Below are positions 10,715 through 21,388 of a stretch of 64,000 bases of DNA, one piece after another. The stretch spans positions 69,454 to 133,453 of the forward strand of contig CAVWLW010000056.1 in assembly GCA_963755715.1 (NCBI GenBank), in the 5' to 3' direction. The position numbers and the translations under genes were made by a program. The stretch is from an uncultured delta proteobacterium. GTDB lineage: Bacteria; Desulfobacterota; Binatia; UBA9968. The first letter of the stretch is position 1, and each line of letters opens with the position of its first letter. Under the pieces are notes generated by a model, which saw only the letters and a program-made list of their open reading frames with translations, did no database searches and was not told the origin of the DNA.

Positions 10715-11220
10715 TCACTGCTCGGGCGACCGCCATAAGCGCAGGATTGCTTCTTTGGTTTGGAGTGTCGGTTGGCAGCGCGGCATCAATCGAGCAAAAT
10801 TCCTCCGTCCAGTTCGCAGTCACCGATCCGCGGGCCAAGATAACCGAATCCTTGAGTCCGCACTTGGTGCTGAAGATCCGCGGGTCCGTCGATGCGCAAG
10901 GACGCCGATACGGATGGGATATTGCGGTTATCGACCGGCGGCTCGGCGACTATCCGAATTTTCTGTACGATTGTTTATGTGGGCACGGGCCGCGGCCCAA
11001 CGATCTCTACGCGTGGCACTTTCGCGAGATGCTCTATCCGCCGAAGCGAGTTCTGCCAGTGTATGGTTATCCCTTTGAGATTCGCGTGGCCTGTAAGGAC
11101 TGCCGAATTGACGGCGACACCGCCGCAGACGCACACTTTACCGCGGGAGTAGTCGAAGTGACATGGCGACGGCTGCCAAAGTCTAATCCGCGGCAAAGTA
11201 CCCTTGCGGACTTTCGCTGA
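10711..11220 (+). CDS. Hypothetical secreted protein
   Basis: 169 aa, signal peptide, ATGA overlap with the upstream stop. Confidence 0.6.
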   Translation: MITARATAISAGLLLWFGVSVGSAASIEQNSSVQFAVTDPRAKITESLSPHLVLKIRGSVDAQGRRYGWDIAVIDRRLGDYPNFLYDCLCGHGPRPNDLYAWHFREMLYPPKRVLPVYGYPFEIRVACKDCRIDGDTAADAHFTAGVVEVTWRRLPKSNPRQSTLADFR

Positions 11221-11296
11221 TTATTTAATTGTTCGGAATGAGACTTGGGCGATAATTATTTAGGTCAAAATCCCAGCGCAATGGCGCTGCATTCTC

Positions 11297-11575
11297 TTAC
11301 CAACGGAAGAGCGTCATCGGATTGAGTGGCTTTGGTTGCTTATTTTTCGCGAGCTGCTCGTTGGATTTCGAGCCCGCATCTTTCGCATCCCGTTGCGCGG
11401 CAGTGGCCTGCTCCTGAACGTACTGTTCGAAGTCCTTCTGCGGCGGTGTCGGAACTACTTCGAGCTCGATGGTCATGCGACGCTTGTCAGCTTCCGGATT
11501 TTTCAATTCCAACGCAGAAGCGGTAGCTGCCCTGACGATAAAAACGAATGAAAATATAAAAATGCCGAATTTCAT
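11297..11575 (-). CDS. Small hypothetical secreted protein
   Basis: 92 aa, signal peptide, GAAGG RBS, sigma54-like promoter upstream. Confidence 0.6.
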   Translation of the reverse strand: MKFGIFIFSFVFIVRAATASALELKNPEADKRRMTIELEVVPTPPQKDFEQYVQEQATAAQRDAKDAGSKSNEQLAKNKQPKPLNPMTLFRW

Positions 11576-11600
11576 TTTTGTACCTTCGCACTGTTAAAGT

Positions 11601-11617
11601 AGCAATCCGCGAGCCAA
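11601..11617 (-). promoter_or_regulatory. sigma54 -24/-12 promoter
   Basis: TTGGCTCGCGGATTGCT on the minus strand (GG-N10-GC). Confidence 0.6.
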
Positions 11618-11770
11618 CAGAAAGTAGCTGAAATGATGGGATTTGCGTATTTTCGGCTGATAGGGAAGAAGAGAAATTCCTGCTCCGGGAGCCGTAAAAT
11701 TTATGCGGTAGCCAAAATTCGAAGATTTTGTTTAATAGTGGAAATCTTTAAAATTGATGGCAGGAAAAAT

Positions 11771-13212
11771 CTATCTAAGGCCAAAAAATGCGCGACCGTA
11801 TTTTCCTAGCACTTGTTTTCTAAGATCCGGGCTCGTCTCGGCTACTTCGGGAAATTTGCTCATCCATTCGTAGGGCCGGCATGCTTCGATCACCGCACGC
11901 GAATTCAGCAATACTTTAGAGTCCGGATGAATCATCGGATCGAGAGAGCTCGACCAGCAGCGGCGCTGGATATCGATGCCGGTTTCCGGATCGCAGCGCG
12001 TCGAAAGCGCCCAGACGACGTCATCGATGCGAGTCGGATCGATATCGTCGTCGACGACGATGGTGAAGCGATTCTGATAGCCGCCGGAAAAACACTGCGA
12101 CGCGATCACACCGGCTTGTTTGACGTGACCGGGATAGCGCTGCTTGATGGCGACGACGGTAAACTGCCGCGGTCCGGGCTCGTGCGACCAGACGCCGCGA
12201 ATGTCCGGCACGCCGGCTTTCTCCAGCTCTTCCCACACATGCGCCGAACGCGTGATCGCGCGCAGCAAGGTCAGCGTGTGCGGCGGCCGCGCCGGATTCG
12301 CACAGGAAAGAATCGGATTGTTGCGGTGGAGGATCCGCTTCACGCGGATAAATGGCTCGAGGCTTTTCGGGCTGGCGTAGTAACCGGGCCACTCGCCGAA
12401 CGGTCCTTCTTCCTTCAACTCACCGGGTCTGATTTCGCCTTCGAGAACAATTTCCGCATCCGCCGGATACGGCAAGACCGGTGATGTCGCTGCGAATCAC
12501 TTCGATCGGCTTTCCCTCGGAGTCCGCCGGCGAAGTCGAATTCGCTGATACCCGCAGGCACAGGACAAGACGCGGCAAACCAAATCAACGGATCGCTGCC
12601 GAGCACGATGTTGACCGGCATCGGCTGATTTTTCTCGAAGTATTTTTGTTTATGAATGTAAGCGTGCTTGCCCGGGCCGATATAGATTCCGGCGGTGTTT
12701 TGATCCTGCGACATGATCCGATAAGTGCCGACGTTCACCCAATCGGAATCGGGATCCTTGGTGATGACCAAGTGGCCGGTGCCGAGGTAGCGTCCGCCGT
12801 CTTTTTCGTGCAGCAATGGGGCGGGGAAATCTAAAAGATTGACGCGGTCTCCCTCCCGGACGTTTTCATGCGCCGGCCCGGTTTTCACTTCGGTTCTCGG
12901 CACCGGTACGCAATGCTTGATCTTCTCATGATAGATTCGGGTAAACTCCAGCACGTGATTGAATTCTTCGTTGACTCCGAGCGTCAGCGCGATGCGTTGC
13001 GGGGAGGCGAAATGACCGAAGAGCGTGCGGTAACCAGGCTTATGATCTTTAATGTTGTCGAAGATCAGCGCCGGGGGATAGGGTGGATGCTCGCGATAGA
13101 GCACGTCGACGATGGCGCCCATTTCGAGATTCCAATCGACGTTTTCGAGCGTCGTGAGCTCGCCGCGCTGGCCGATTTTATCGAGCCAGTCGCGCAGGCC
13201 GTCATAGTTCAT
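11771..13212 (-). CDS. UbiD family (prFMN-dependent) decarboxylase, frameshifted near 12470-12520
   Basis: DGGRYLGT and NVGTYR in the 5' ORF; EGPFGEW, VVDDDID, WALSTR in the 3' ORF. Confidence 0.88.
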
Positions 13213-13298
13213 GATGGCTCCTTAGGAAAATTCATTAACCGCAAAGATCGCAAAATAGGGGTGGTGTTGAAACCCGCTGCTACGTCGGAATGATTTCA

Positions 13299-14777
13299 TC
13301 ACACCAGGTTTGTGGACTTGGCTGATTTTCCAAGCGTCAGTGAGACTCCGTCTCTGCTGATGTAGAGATGATTGCAGTCTTTCTTTTTGCTGAGTCGTTC
13401 GATCAGGTGCAACAGCGATTGTTTGCCGTCGAGTTGCGGCTTGGGCGCGCCGTTGGCCAGCAGCGCATCGACCGCATCGGGGCCGGCGTAGACGCGCAGC
13501 AGGAGTTCTTCGTCTGAAATAGTCGCGCCGAACTTTTGCCGTACCTGGTGCAAACTCAGATCCGACGGCTGCCAGGCTTGCCAATCCTTGGCGCGAGCGC
13601 GGCTCAGTATTTTGTCTTTGACGTCGGCGTCCATGATTTCAGTGGCTTCTTTGCCCCATATCCCCAGCGCGTATTGAATGACTTGATCGGTGACTTCTTT
13701 GTAGCGCTCGCCGACGATGACGTTGATCGCCGCCTGGCTCACAACGAATTGTGAAAGCGGCGTGACCATGATCGGATAGCCAAAATCCGCGCGCACTCGC
13801 GCCGCTTCTTCCAGCGTCTCTGGCAACTTGTCTTCCTTGCCAATCAGGCGCAGCTGATGGCGCAGATTGGAGATCACGCCGCCGGGAACCTGATGCAGAT
13901 ACTGCGACTCGTCGTAGGCGAAGGGTTTGCCGATGGCAAGTCCTTGGGCTTTAGCGACGGCGGTGAAATGTTCTTCGACCGGCTTTACTTCTTCATCATG
14001 CACCACCGGCGCGTAGCCGAGGGCGCGCAGATTTCTCGCGACATTCAAAATAGATGGTTGCGACGAGCCGTTGGCGAGCGGTGGCACCGCCGTGTGCAGC
14101 GAAGTGATGCCGAGCTTCACCGCCTCGATATAGCAGAGCGTCGCCAGACCATTGTTGCAATGGGCGTGATATTCCACCGGAACGGCGCCGGCGTTCGTCA
14201 AAATCGCCGGCAGCAAAGTTCGCGCGCGCGCGGGTGTCAGCAGACCGCCGACGTCTTTAAAACATATTCGATAGGGCGCGATGGCCGCCGCTTCACGGGC
14301 TTTTTGCGCGTAGTATTCATCGGTGTGACGCGGTGAAACTGAGTAGATCAGATTGACGACGGTTTCCATGCCGATCGCGCGCAGCTCGCGCACTTCGTCT
14401 CTCATTGCTTCGAAATCGTTCCAGCAATTGGAAGTCCGGGTCAGCGTGATGCCGTAGGAGACGACGCGCTCGGCTAGGAGCTTCAGCGCTGCATGCGGCA
14501 GCTTTTCCATGGCGCCCGAGCCGTGCAGTCCGCCATGATTGCGCAATCGCGTGTGGCGGAAGCGTTTGGTTCCCTCGCGCACCCAATCCCAAGGATTTTC
14601 CTTGAGCTCGCGGACGTATTTCTTGATCATGATCGAGACGAAAAATTCCATCGATTCGAAGCCGATGCGATCCATTTGCGCCGCCGCGCCAAGCATCGCG
14701 TCGGTTTTCATCCCCAGCGCCCAGAGACTTTGCTGGCCATCGCGCAGGGTGGTGTCGACGAAGGAGATTTCGCTCAT
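13299..14777 (-). CDS. Pyruvate/oxaloacetate carboxyltransferase-like protein, no biotinyl domain
   Basis: DTTLRDGQQSL, KDVGG, HAHC, HQVPGG, MVTPLSQ; no C-terminal MKM biotin site. Confidence 0.85.
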   Translation of the reverse strand: MSEISFVDTTLRDGQQSLWALGMKTDAMLGAAAQMDRIGFESMEFFVSIMIKKYVRELKENPWDWVREGTKRFRHTRLRNHGGLHGSGAMEKLPHAALKLLAERVVSYGITLTRTSNCWNDFEAMRDEVRELRAIGMETVVNLIYSVSPRHTDEYYAQKAREAAAIAPYRICFKDVGGLLTPARARTLLPAILTNAGAVPVEYHAHCNNGLATLCYIEAVKLGITSLHTAVPPLANGSSQPSILNVARNLRALGYAPVVHDEEVKPVEEHFTAVAKAQGLAIGKPFAYDESQYLHQVPGGVISNLRHQLRLIGKEDKLPETLEEAARVRADFGYPIMVTPLSQFVVSQAAINVIVGERYKEVTDQVIQYALGIWGKEATEIMDADVKDKILSRARAKDWQAWQPSDLSLHQVRQKFGATISDEELLLRVYAGPDAVDALLANGAPKPQLDGKQSLLHLIERLSKKKDCNHLYISRDGVSLTLGKSAKSTNLV

Positions 14778-14788
14778 AGGTAAGAAAT

Positions 14789-14862
14789 TGGATTACTGGA
14801 GTGATGGAGTGTTGGGTTCAGGAGCCGCAGCACTCAAACACTCCAGTAATCCACTACTCCAA
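14789..14862. repeat. Intergenic inverted repeat built of 8-nt units
   Basis: TGGATTACTGGAGTG (14789-14803) / CACTCCAGTAATCCA (14839-14853). Confidence 0.8.
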
Positions 14863-14863
14863 T

Positions 14864-15844
14864 TCATTTCTTCGTCGCGGCTTTGCTTTGCGCCAATTCT
14901 CGCAAGATCGAATAGTCCGCGAGTTTGCTTCGATCCACCGTCGCCGCCCGTTTGTCTACGTAGGTCATCATCTTCACCAGATTTTCGACCGCGGCTTCCG
15001 GCGGAATCAAATCGACGGTGGCGCGGGCGCGCATCTGTTCATAGGCGTAATCGAGGGTTTCTTTGTCGTCTGCCGGGACAATCCTTTTAAGAACTTCGAT
15101 GGAGCCTTCTTTATTAGTCGTCATGTATTGCGTTGCTTCCAAGTACGCTTTGACGAAACGCAGCCATTTGCCGCGGTTCGCCTTCAGGGACGCAACCGTC
15201 ACCGTGATCGGGCCGTTCATAAACGGCGTCTTGCGGCCCGGGACCAGATGAAAGCCCATCTGTTTCATTTTGGGCTCGAAGGCGAAATCGACGGGCGCGG
15301 CGTCGATGCCGCCGCGGATGAGCGCCGCCAATCTTTCCTGCGAGCCGCCAAGCTGCAGCAAGGTCACGTCCTTCGAAGTATTGAGACCGGCGTCTTCGAG
15401 CATGACGCGCAGAACCAGAGACGACTTGCCGCCGAGGCGATTGATGCCGACTTTCTTGCCTCTTAACTGCGCTAGATCGTCGATCTTGTCGCGAGTGATC
15501 ATCGTGTAAGAAACCAGATTGTCCCAACTGCCAAGTGAGACCACCGGCACGCCCTGGATATTCGATTGGACCAGTCCGGTCGGCGCGCCGGAAGTCGCAT
15601 CGATGTCGCCGGAAATGAGCGCTTGATAGGTCGTCGGCTCGCTGTTGATCCGAATGATCTCGCCCTTGAGTCCGTTCTTGTCAAAGAAGCCTTTCTCCTG
15701 CGCGATAAACACCGGATACGAAACGGTGGGAAAAAGCGGCACGCCGATACGGATCCTGTCCTGGCCGAGGGCGATAGATGGCGCACAATTGACGAATATG
15801 AACAGGAGTAACAGGGACAATCGGCGGCGGCTGGCGTTTCGCAT
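14864..15844 (-). CDS. ABC transporter substrate-binding protein (NitT/TauT)
   Basis: Signal peptide, AQEKGFFDKNGL, LRGKKVGI. Confidence 0.85.
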   Translation of the reverse strand: MRNASRRRLSLLLLFIFVNCAPSIALGQDRIRIGVPLFPTVSYPVFIAQEKGFFDKNGLKGEIIRINSEPTTYQALISGDIDATSGAPTGLVQSNIQGVPVVSLGSWDNLVSYTMITRDKIDDLAQLRGKKVGINRLGGKSSLVLRVMLEDAGLNTSKDVTLLQLGGSQERLAALIRGGIDAAPVDFAFEPKMKQMGFHLVPGRKTPFMNGPITVTVASLKANRGKWLRFVKAYLEATQYMTTNKEGSIEVLKRIVPADDKETLDYAYEQMRARATVDLIPPEAAVENLVKMMTYVDKRAATVDRSKLADYSILRELAQSKAATKK

Positions 15845-15962
15845 GAGACCTCCTTAGCGGGCAAAATCCTCGATATTGCTCGCACGATCGATCATTTGTT
15901 TGAATGAGAGTGGATTGAAACCTATTATTGTCCGCCCGATGATGCAAGCGCATGATTACGGG

Positions 15963-15991
15963 TTGACATTGCGCTTTTCTGTGCGTACTAT
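15963..15991 (+). promoter_or_regulatory. sigma70 promoter of the RNA-binding protein gene
   Basis: TTGACA-N17-TACTAT. Confidence 0.7.
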
Positions 15992-16198
15992 GCAGTATCT
16001 TCTTCAGTATACGGCCTTCTGATAGAAGTCATAGCAAAGGTTGAAGGCCCTTGTCAGTCTCTCTCCTTGTGAACTGATACCTAAAAGGAAAATCCGATCA
16101 GAGTGTGGTTGAGCATTTTAGAGCCCCCATGTTCGGCTCCCATTAGCAGTTAATTTCTCAGGGTCAAAGACACTAACATTCTCTAATAGGAGGAGAAC

Positions 16199-16546
16199 AT
16201 GGGTAGTAAATTATATGTCGGCGGTTTGCCATATTCGGTAACCGGCGACCGGTTGCAGGAAATTTTCGCCGAGCATGGGACCGTCGAATCGGCCAATGTG
16301 ATTTCCGATAAATTCACGGGCCAATCACGAGGCTTCGGCTTCGTCGAGATGAGCTCTAGCGGCGAGGCCCAGAAAGCTATCGATAGCCTGAACGGCACAC
16401 AGCTTGACGGGCGCACGCTGACTGTCAACGAAGCCAAGCCAATGGCCAAACGCGATAACTTCGGTGGTGGCGGCGGAAATCGTGGTGGTGGTGGTGGCCG
16501 CGGCAATCGCGACGGTGGCGGCGGCGGTGGACGCAACCGCTGGTAG
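16199..16546 (+). CDS. RRM RNA-binding protein with Gly-rich tail
   Basis: RNP2 LYVGGL, RNP1 RGFGFVEM; AGGAGG RBS. Confidence 0.95.
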   Translation: MGSKLYVGGLPYSVTGDRLQEIFAEHGTVESANVISDKFTGQSRGFGFVEMSSSGEAQKAIDSLNGTQLDGRTLTVNEAKPMAKRDNFGGGGGNRGGGGGRGNRDGGGGGGRNRW

Positions 16547-16570
16547 TTTTTTCGTTAGCGAATTAACTGC

Positions 16571-16604
16571 AAAAAAGGGCAACCAATCCGGTTGCCCTTT
16601 TTTT
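16571..16604. terminator. Intrinsic terminator (bidirectional form)
   Basis: AAAAAAGGGCAACC-aatcc-GGTTGCCCTTTTTT. Confidence 0.85.
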
Positions 16605-16639
16605 GTGATTTCGCAGCAATATCACCGGGCGCATTTTCC

Positions 16640-17794
16640 ATGGAGAGATTTTTCGCTACCTGTCCGCGCGGCCTGGAACTGCTTCTTGCAGAAGAATTAC
16701 GTCAACTCAAAGCTGAAAAAATTCATGCCGTTGGCGGCGGTGTGCAATTCGGTGGCGATTTTTTTCTTTGCTACCGAGTCAATCTGGAAAGCCGCATCGC
16801 CAGCCGTGTTCTTTGGCAGGTGGCGCACGGGAATTACCGTAGCGAGGACGACATTTACCGCACCGCCTACGCGCCGCGCTGGACCGATTGGTTCGATCCG
16901 GCGCGGACCCTTCGCGTCGATATCTCCGCGACCAAGAGTCCGCTTACGAGCCTCAATTTCGTCACGCTAAAAATCAAAGACGCGGTGTGCGATAAGATTC
17001 GCCGGATCGCGGGACGGCGCCCTAACGTCGATACGCGAGAACCCGATATTCCGATCCAGGGTCATCTGAGTGATCGCGAGTTTACGCTTTATCTCGATAC
17101 CACGGGGGAGCCGCTCTTCAAACGCGGCCAGCGCATTTCCACGGGTGAGGCACCGCTCAGGGAAAATCTCGCCGCCGGAATTATTCGTCTCGCCGGTTGG
17201 GCGCCCGGCATTCCTCTGCTCGATCCAATGTGCGGCAGCGGCACGATCCTGCTCGAAGCGGCGCACATGGCTCTCGATATCGCGCCTGGCTTAGGCCGGG
17301 GCTTTGCTTTTGAGAAATTCAAAAATTTCGATTCGCGCCTCTGGCGGGATCTCTTGCGCCAAAGCAGGGCGCGGCAAAAGCCCAGGGCGCCGCTAGCCAT
17401 TTACGGCAGCGATCTCGCTGCCGATGTGTTGAAAGCGGCGCGCGCCAATCTCATGGCAGCCGGTCTAGAAAAAGTTGTGAGCCTGAAACGGGCCGACGTT
17501 CTGGAAACCGCCGCGCCGGCACAGGGAGGCATCATCGTAACGAATCCGCCTTATGGAATTCGCCTCGGCGAGCAGCAAGCGATGGCTGAGTTTTACCCCA
17601 AACTCGGCGACGTGTTGAAAAAACAATTCAGCGGCTGGCGTGCCTATCTGCTCAGCGCCGACATGCGTCTGCCCAAGCTGATCCACCTCGCCGCCTCGAA
17701 GCGTACGCCGCTTTTTAACGGCGCCCTCGAATGCCGCCTTTTCGAGTACAAGATGGTGGAAGGAGAAATGAGAAAGAAAAAAGCTGGAGTGTGA
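16640..17794 (+). CDS. THUMP-domain class I SAM-dependent RNA methyltransferase (RlmL N-terminal-like)
   Basis: FFATCPRGLE, LFKRG, APLRENLAA, DPMCGSGT, NPPYG. Confidence 0.9.
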   Translation: MERFFATCPRGLELLLAEELRQLKAEKIHAVGGGVQFGGDFFLCYRVNLESRIASRVLWQVAHGNYRSEDDIYRTAYAPRWTDWFDPARTLRVDISATKSPLTSLNFVTLKIKDAVCDKIRRIAGRRPNVDTREPDIPIQGHLSDREFTLYLDTTGEPLFKRGQRISTGEAPLRENLAAGIIRLAGWAPGIPLLDPMCGSGTILLEAAHMALDIAPGLGRGFAFEKFKNFDSRLWRDLLRQSRARQKPRAPLAIYGSDLAADVLKAARANLMAAGLEKVVSLKRADVLETAAPAQGGIIVTNPPYGIRLGEQQAMAEFYPKLGDVLKKQFSGWRAYLLSADMRLPKLIHLAASKRTPLFNGALECRLFEYKMVEGEMRKKKAGV

Positions 17795-17898
17795 TTCGTC
17801 TCACCGGACTACGAGGCGGCCTCATCGGCCTGAAACGTATTGACAGGGTTGATGCGCGCCGCAAGCAACCCGGCCGTTTGCTTTCTGCTCGAGCCCTG

Positions 17899-19194
17899 CT
17901 AGATCACCGTGCCATCAGGAATGGTGGCGTTCTTTATGATGACGACAATGCCGTTTTGAATAACGAAGCCGAGATCTTCCCGGCTCGCCTCCTGCACGTG
18001 GTCTCTGTTGACGATTTGCACGTTGCGGCCGATGCGAGCGTTTTTGTCGACGATCGCTTTTTGGATCGTCGTGTTTGCGCCAACGCCCAAAGGAACCTTT
18101 CCGGTCTCCAAGGCTTTCATGCGTTCCGCCGGGGACTCGTAATAGTCTGAACCCATCAATAATGCATTATCGATCAGGCAACCCGTCTCGATGCGCGAGC
18201 GAATGCCGATGACCGAGCGCTTGACGGTGCATTCCTTGAGGATACAGCCCTCGCCGACCATCGATTCTACCACTTTGGAATCGAGCAGCTTGGTGGGTGG
18301 AAGATAGCGCGATCGCGTATAGATGGGCGCCTTCTCATCGTAAAAGCTAAACGGCGGATCGGGCTGGGCGGTGAGCGCGAGGTTCGCGTGGTAGAAGGCT
18401 TCGATCGTTCCGATATCTTCCCAGTAGTCTTTGAAAAGATAGGCTTGCACGTTGTGACTACTTAGCGACGCGGGCAGGATTTCTTTTCCAAAATCCGTTC
18501 GGTCCGGCGCCGCGTTTAGCAAATCGTGCAAAACTTGCTTTTCAAACACATAGATTCCCATAGAAGCGATGCAGGGAAATTCTTTCGCCTTTTCTCCGGG
18601 GAGTCCGAGAACGGTGGTATTGACTCGCATCTCTTTCAAAGCGTCGCCCTTGGGCTTTTCGCTGAAAGAGAGCACGCGACCGCCGCGATCGATTTTCACC
18701 AAACCGAAGTCGTGCGCCCGACTCTCCGTCATCGGTACCACGGATAGGGTGACATCCGCCTTAGTTTCGCGATGGCGCTCAATAAAATCCGCGTAATTCA
18801 TCCGATACAAATGATCGCCGGATAGAATCAAGTATTGATCGACGTCCCATTCGGCGAACAGCCATAGATATTTGCGCACGGCATCGGCTGTCCCTTCGAA
18901 CCAACTCGGGCTGTCCGGTGTTTGCTGTGCTGCCAGCACTTCAACAAATCCTTGAGTGAAACCCGCGCCCGCCAAGTGGTACGTGCGCGCGATATGCCGA
19001 TTGAGCGAGGCTGAGTTGAATTGCGTCAAAACATAGATTCTCTGGATCTCCGAGTTGATGCAATTGCTGATGGGAATATCGATCAAGCGATATTTGGCAC
19101 CGAGGGGAACGGCCGGCTTGGCGCGAAGTTTGGTAAGAGGGTAGAGCCGCTTTCCGGCCCCTCCGCCCAGAATAATGGCCAATACTCTTTTCAC
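17899..19194 (-). CDS. glgC: Glucose-1-phosphate adenylyltransferase
   Basis: [50 protein letters not shown]. Confidence 0.95.
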   Translation of the reverse strand: MKRVLAIILGGGAGKRLYPLTKLRAKPAVPLGAKYRLIDIPISNCINSEIQRIYVLTQFNSASLNRHIARTYHLAGAGFTQGFVEVLAAQQTPDSPSWFEGTADAVRKYLWLFAEWDVDQYLILSGDHLYRMNYADFIERHRETKADVTLSVVPMTESRAHDFGLVKIDRGGRVLSFSEKPKGDALKEMRVNTTVLGLPGEKAKEFPCIASMGIYVFEKQVLHDLLNAAPDRTDFGKEILPASLSSHNVQAYLFKDYWEDIGTIEAFYHANLALTAQPDPPFSFYDEKAPIYTRSRYLPPTKLLDSKVVESMVGEGCILKECTVKRSVIGIRSRIETGCLIDNALLMGSDYYESPAERMKALETGKVPLGVGANTTIQKAIVDKNARIGRNVQIVNRDHVQEASREDLGFVIQNGIVVIIKNATIPDGTVI

Positions 19195-19688
19195 AAAAGT
19201 GGTCTTAAATGTCCAAGTCTTTCGTCCGCGTCAAGTTTCTGCCGTTTTTCTCGGCGCCTCCAAACACTATTAAACACAGCGTGTCTATGTCAACCGGATT
19301 ATGAAAAGCGAACTTGAATAAAGGTCAGGAATGGGAATTTATGTTGATCTGAGGCGAACCTCGCAATCAGGAGACAGTAGGCAGTCCAATCGAAGGCAGC
19401 GTTGCTGTTTTTAGACATGCAATAGCGGCCTTTCCGTAAATTTTCTCATCCCCGTGATCGGGATCATCGAGCATTGCCGACTTGTCGATCACGCATTCTA
19501 TCCAACCGTGGGTGGCGTTGCGGATAGGGTCAGTGCGAGAGCGGAGCGTAAAAGCCATCGTCGAGCGGTTCCGCGCGAGCAAGCTCGAATTAATTTTCCT
19601 GTGAGAGAGTGGGCCAGCTCCGGCGTGGTCGAATCGCGGATCGCATGAGAACCGCCATTGCCGACGTCAGAGTCCTGGATCAAGCCGT

Positions 19689-19982
19689 CTACTTCTTCAA
19701 TCTCCGGCCGAGCAGGTGGAGGATTTCGTTGAACTGGCGCTGCATGGCGATCATCTGTTCGCGCATGTTGAGGGCGACTTCGGCGCCTTCGAGATTGACG
19801 CCCATTTCTTCGATGAGCAGCCGGGCGATGCGCACTCGATCGACTTGATCGATGGAATAAACTTTTTCGCCCCGCCGGACAATCGGAGAGATCACCTTCT
19901 CTTGTTCCAAACGGGAGACGAAAATCTTATCGACGTTGCAGATCTTCGTCACCTCGGTAATGCGCAGATATTTTCGTGCCAT
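19689..19982 (-). CDS. MerR-like chaperone modulator (CbpM/HspR type)
   Basis: ARLLIEEMGVNLEG; directly downstream of the dnaJ homolog. Confidence 0.8.
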   Translation of the reverse strand: MARKYLRITEVTKICNVDKIFVSRLEQEKVISPIVRRGEKVYSIDQVDRVRIARLLIEEMGVNLEGAEVALNMREQMIAMQRQFNEILHLLGRRLKK

Positions 19983-19994
19983 CGTTCGATTCCT

Positions 19995-21125
19995 CTATAA
20001 CCGAACGTCCTTGCGCACGTCTTCGTCATAGGCCCGGTCGATTTTGTCGACGAGCTCTTGGGCGATCTTTTCGTTGGGCACGCGCACCATCAGCCGCAAA
20101 TATAGATCGCCGGCGGGAGTTTGGCCGTGGGCGGCGACTCCTTTGCCTTTGATGCGCAATTGCTGGCCGCTCTGGGCACCCGCGGGCACTTTGACTTTAA
20201 TCGTCCCGCTGGGTGTCGGCACTTCAATGCTCGCGCCGCGGATCGCTTCGGCGATCGTGATGGGCAGCTCCATGGTCAAATCTCTGCCGGAGCGCGTCAG
20301 TAGCGGGTGCGGGCGGATGCGCGGCGTGATGTAGAGATCTCCCGCCGGGCCGCCGCGAACGCCCGCTTCCCCTTTGCCGCGTAGGCGAATCCGTTTTCCC
20401 GCTTCGGCTCCGGGCGGAATATTGACGCGGATAGTATCGGACCGCATAACTCTGCCAGTGCCTCTGCATGCGCTGCAGGGATCGCCGGGCAACTTCCCAG
20501 TTCCCCTGCAGCGCGGGCAGGTCTGGCGAAATTGCATCGGCCCTTGAGTGACCGGTTTGCTGCCGCTGCCTTTGCAATCCGGGCAAGTCGTCGGCCGGCT
20601 GCCGGGTTTTATCCCGGCGCCCTGGCAGACCTCGCACGGGACGGGCCGCTGCAGGGTAATCGCGGTCTGAAAGCCACGCACCGCGTCCAGGAAATCGATG
20701 TCCATGCTGGACTCGATATCCTGACCGGGCGCCGGACCCAGCGGCGCGTTTCGGCCTTGTCGAAACATGCCGCCTAGGCCGCCGAAGATGTCGCCGAGAT
20801 CGTCCATGTTAAATTCAAAGCCGCCACCGCCGCTACCTGCCTGCGCCGATTGCTCTTGCCAGCGCTGATAGCTGCGCGCCTTGTCGGCGTCGAATCCGGC
20901 GGCGAGACCGGCCTCGCCGAATTCGTCGTAAAGCTTTTTTTTCTTTTCGTCGCTCAGCACATCGTAGGCGACGGAAAGCTCTTTAAACTTGTTCTCGGCG
21001 TCTTTATTACCCGGGTTGATGTCCGGATGGAATTTCCGCGCAAGCTTGCGGTACGCTTTGCGGATATCGTCCTGTGAAGCGGCGCGATCAACGCCCAGTA
21101 CTTTGTAGTAGTCACTGTTAGCCAT
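19995..21125 (-). CDS. dnaJ: Molecular chaperone DnaJ
   Basis: J-domain HPD, G/F region, four CxxCxGxG repeats. Confidence 0.92.
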   Translation of the reverse strand: MANSDYYKVLGVDRAASQDDIRKAYRKLARKFHPDINPGNKDAENKFKELSVAYDVLSDEKKKKLYDEFGEAGLAAGFDADKARSYQRWQEQSAQAGSGGGGFEFNMDDLGDIFGGLGGMFRQGRNAPLGPAPGQDIESSMDIDFLDAVRGFQTAITLQRPVPCEVCQGAGIKPGSRPTTCPDCKGSGSKPVTQGPMQFRQTCPRCRGTGKLPGDPCSACRGTGRVMRSDTIRVNIPPGAEAGKRIRLRGKGEAGVRGGPAGDLYITPRIRPHPLLTRSGRDLTMELPITIAEAIRGASIEVPTPSGTIKVKVPAGAQSGQQLRIKGKGVAAHGQTPAGDLYLRLMVRVPNEKIAQELVDKIDRAYDEDVRKDVRL

Positions 21126-21356
21126 TGTTACTCTAAAATAACCACAACGGCGGGACTTTCAAGAGAATAGCTCGATGTTGTCCTCGCGCCGGCGTGAGCT
21201 CACCAATTACATTAGCGGTGAGGAAGGAACGAGAAGCGACAATGATTAAGCGCGGGGTATCTTTGCGCATACACTCTGATATAGTGTGTCTCGATGTAAC
21301 CGTTGGCATCCCGAAGTCCAATCAGCGCATGCTCGGTCCAATCTGACCGGGTTCTT

Positions 21357-21388
21357 AAAGAGGCGGTCCCCTTGGGTACCGCCTCTTT
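21357..21388. terminator. Terminator-like hairpin upstream of the GT4 gene
   Basis: AAAGAGGCGGT...ACCGCCTCTTT stem. Confidence 0.6.

Noticed and set aside
19330-19685. Short ORFs between glgC and cbpM
   Set aside because: No RBS or family motif that I can support
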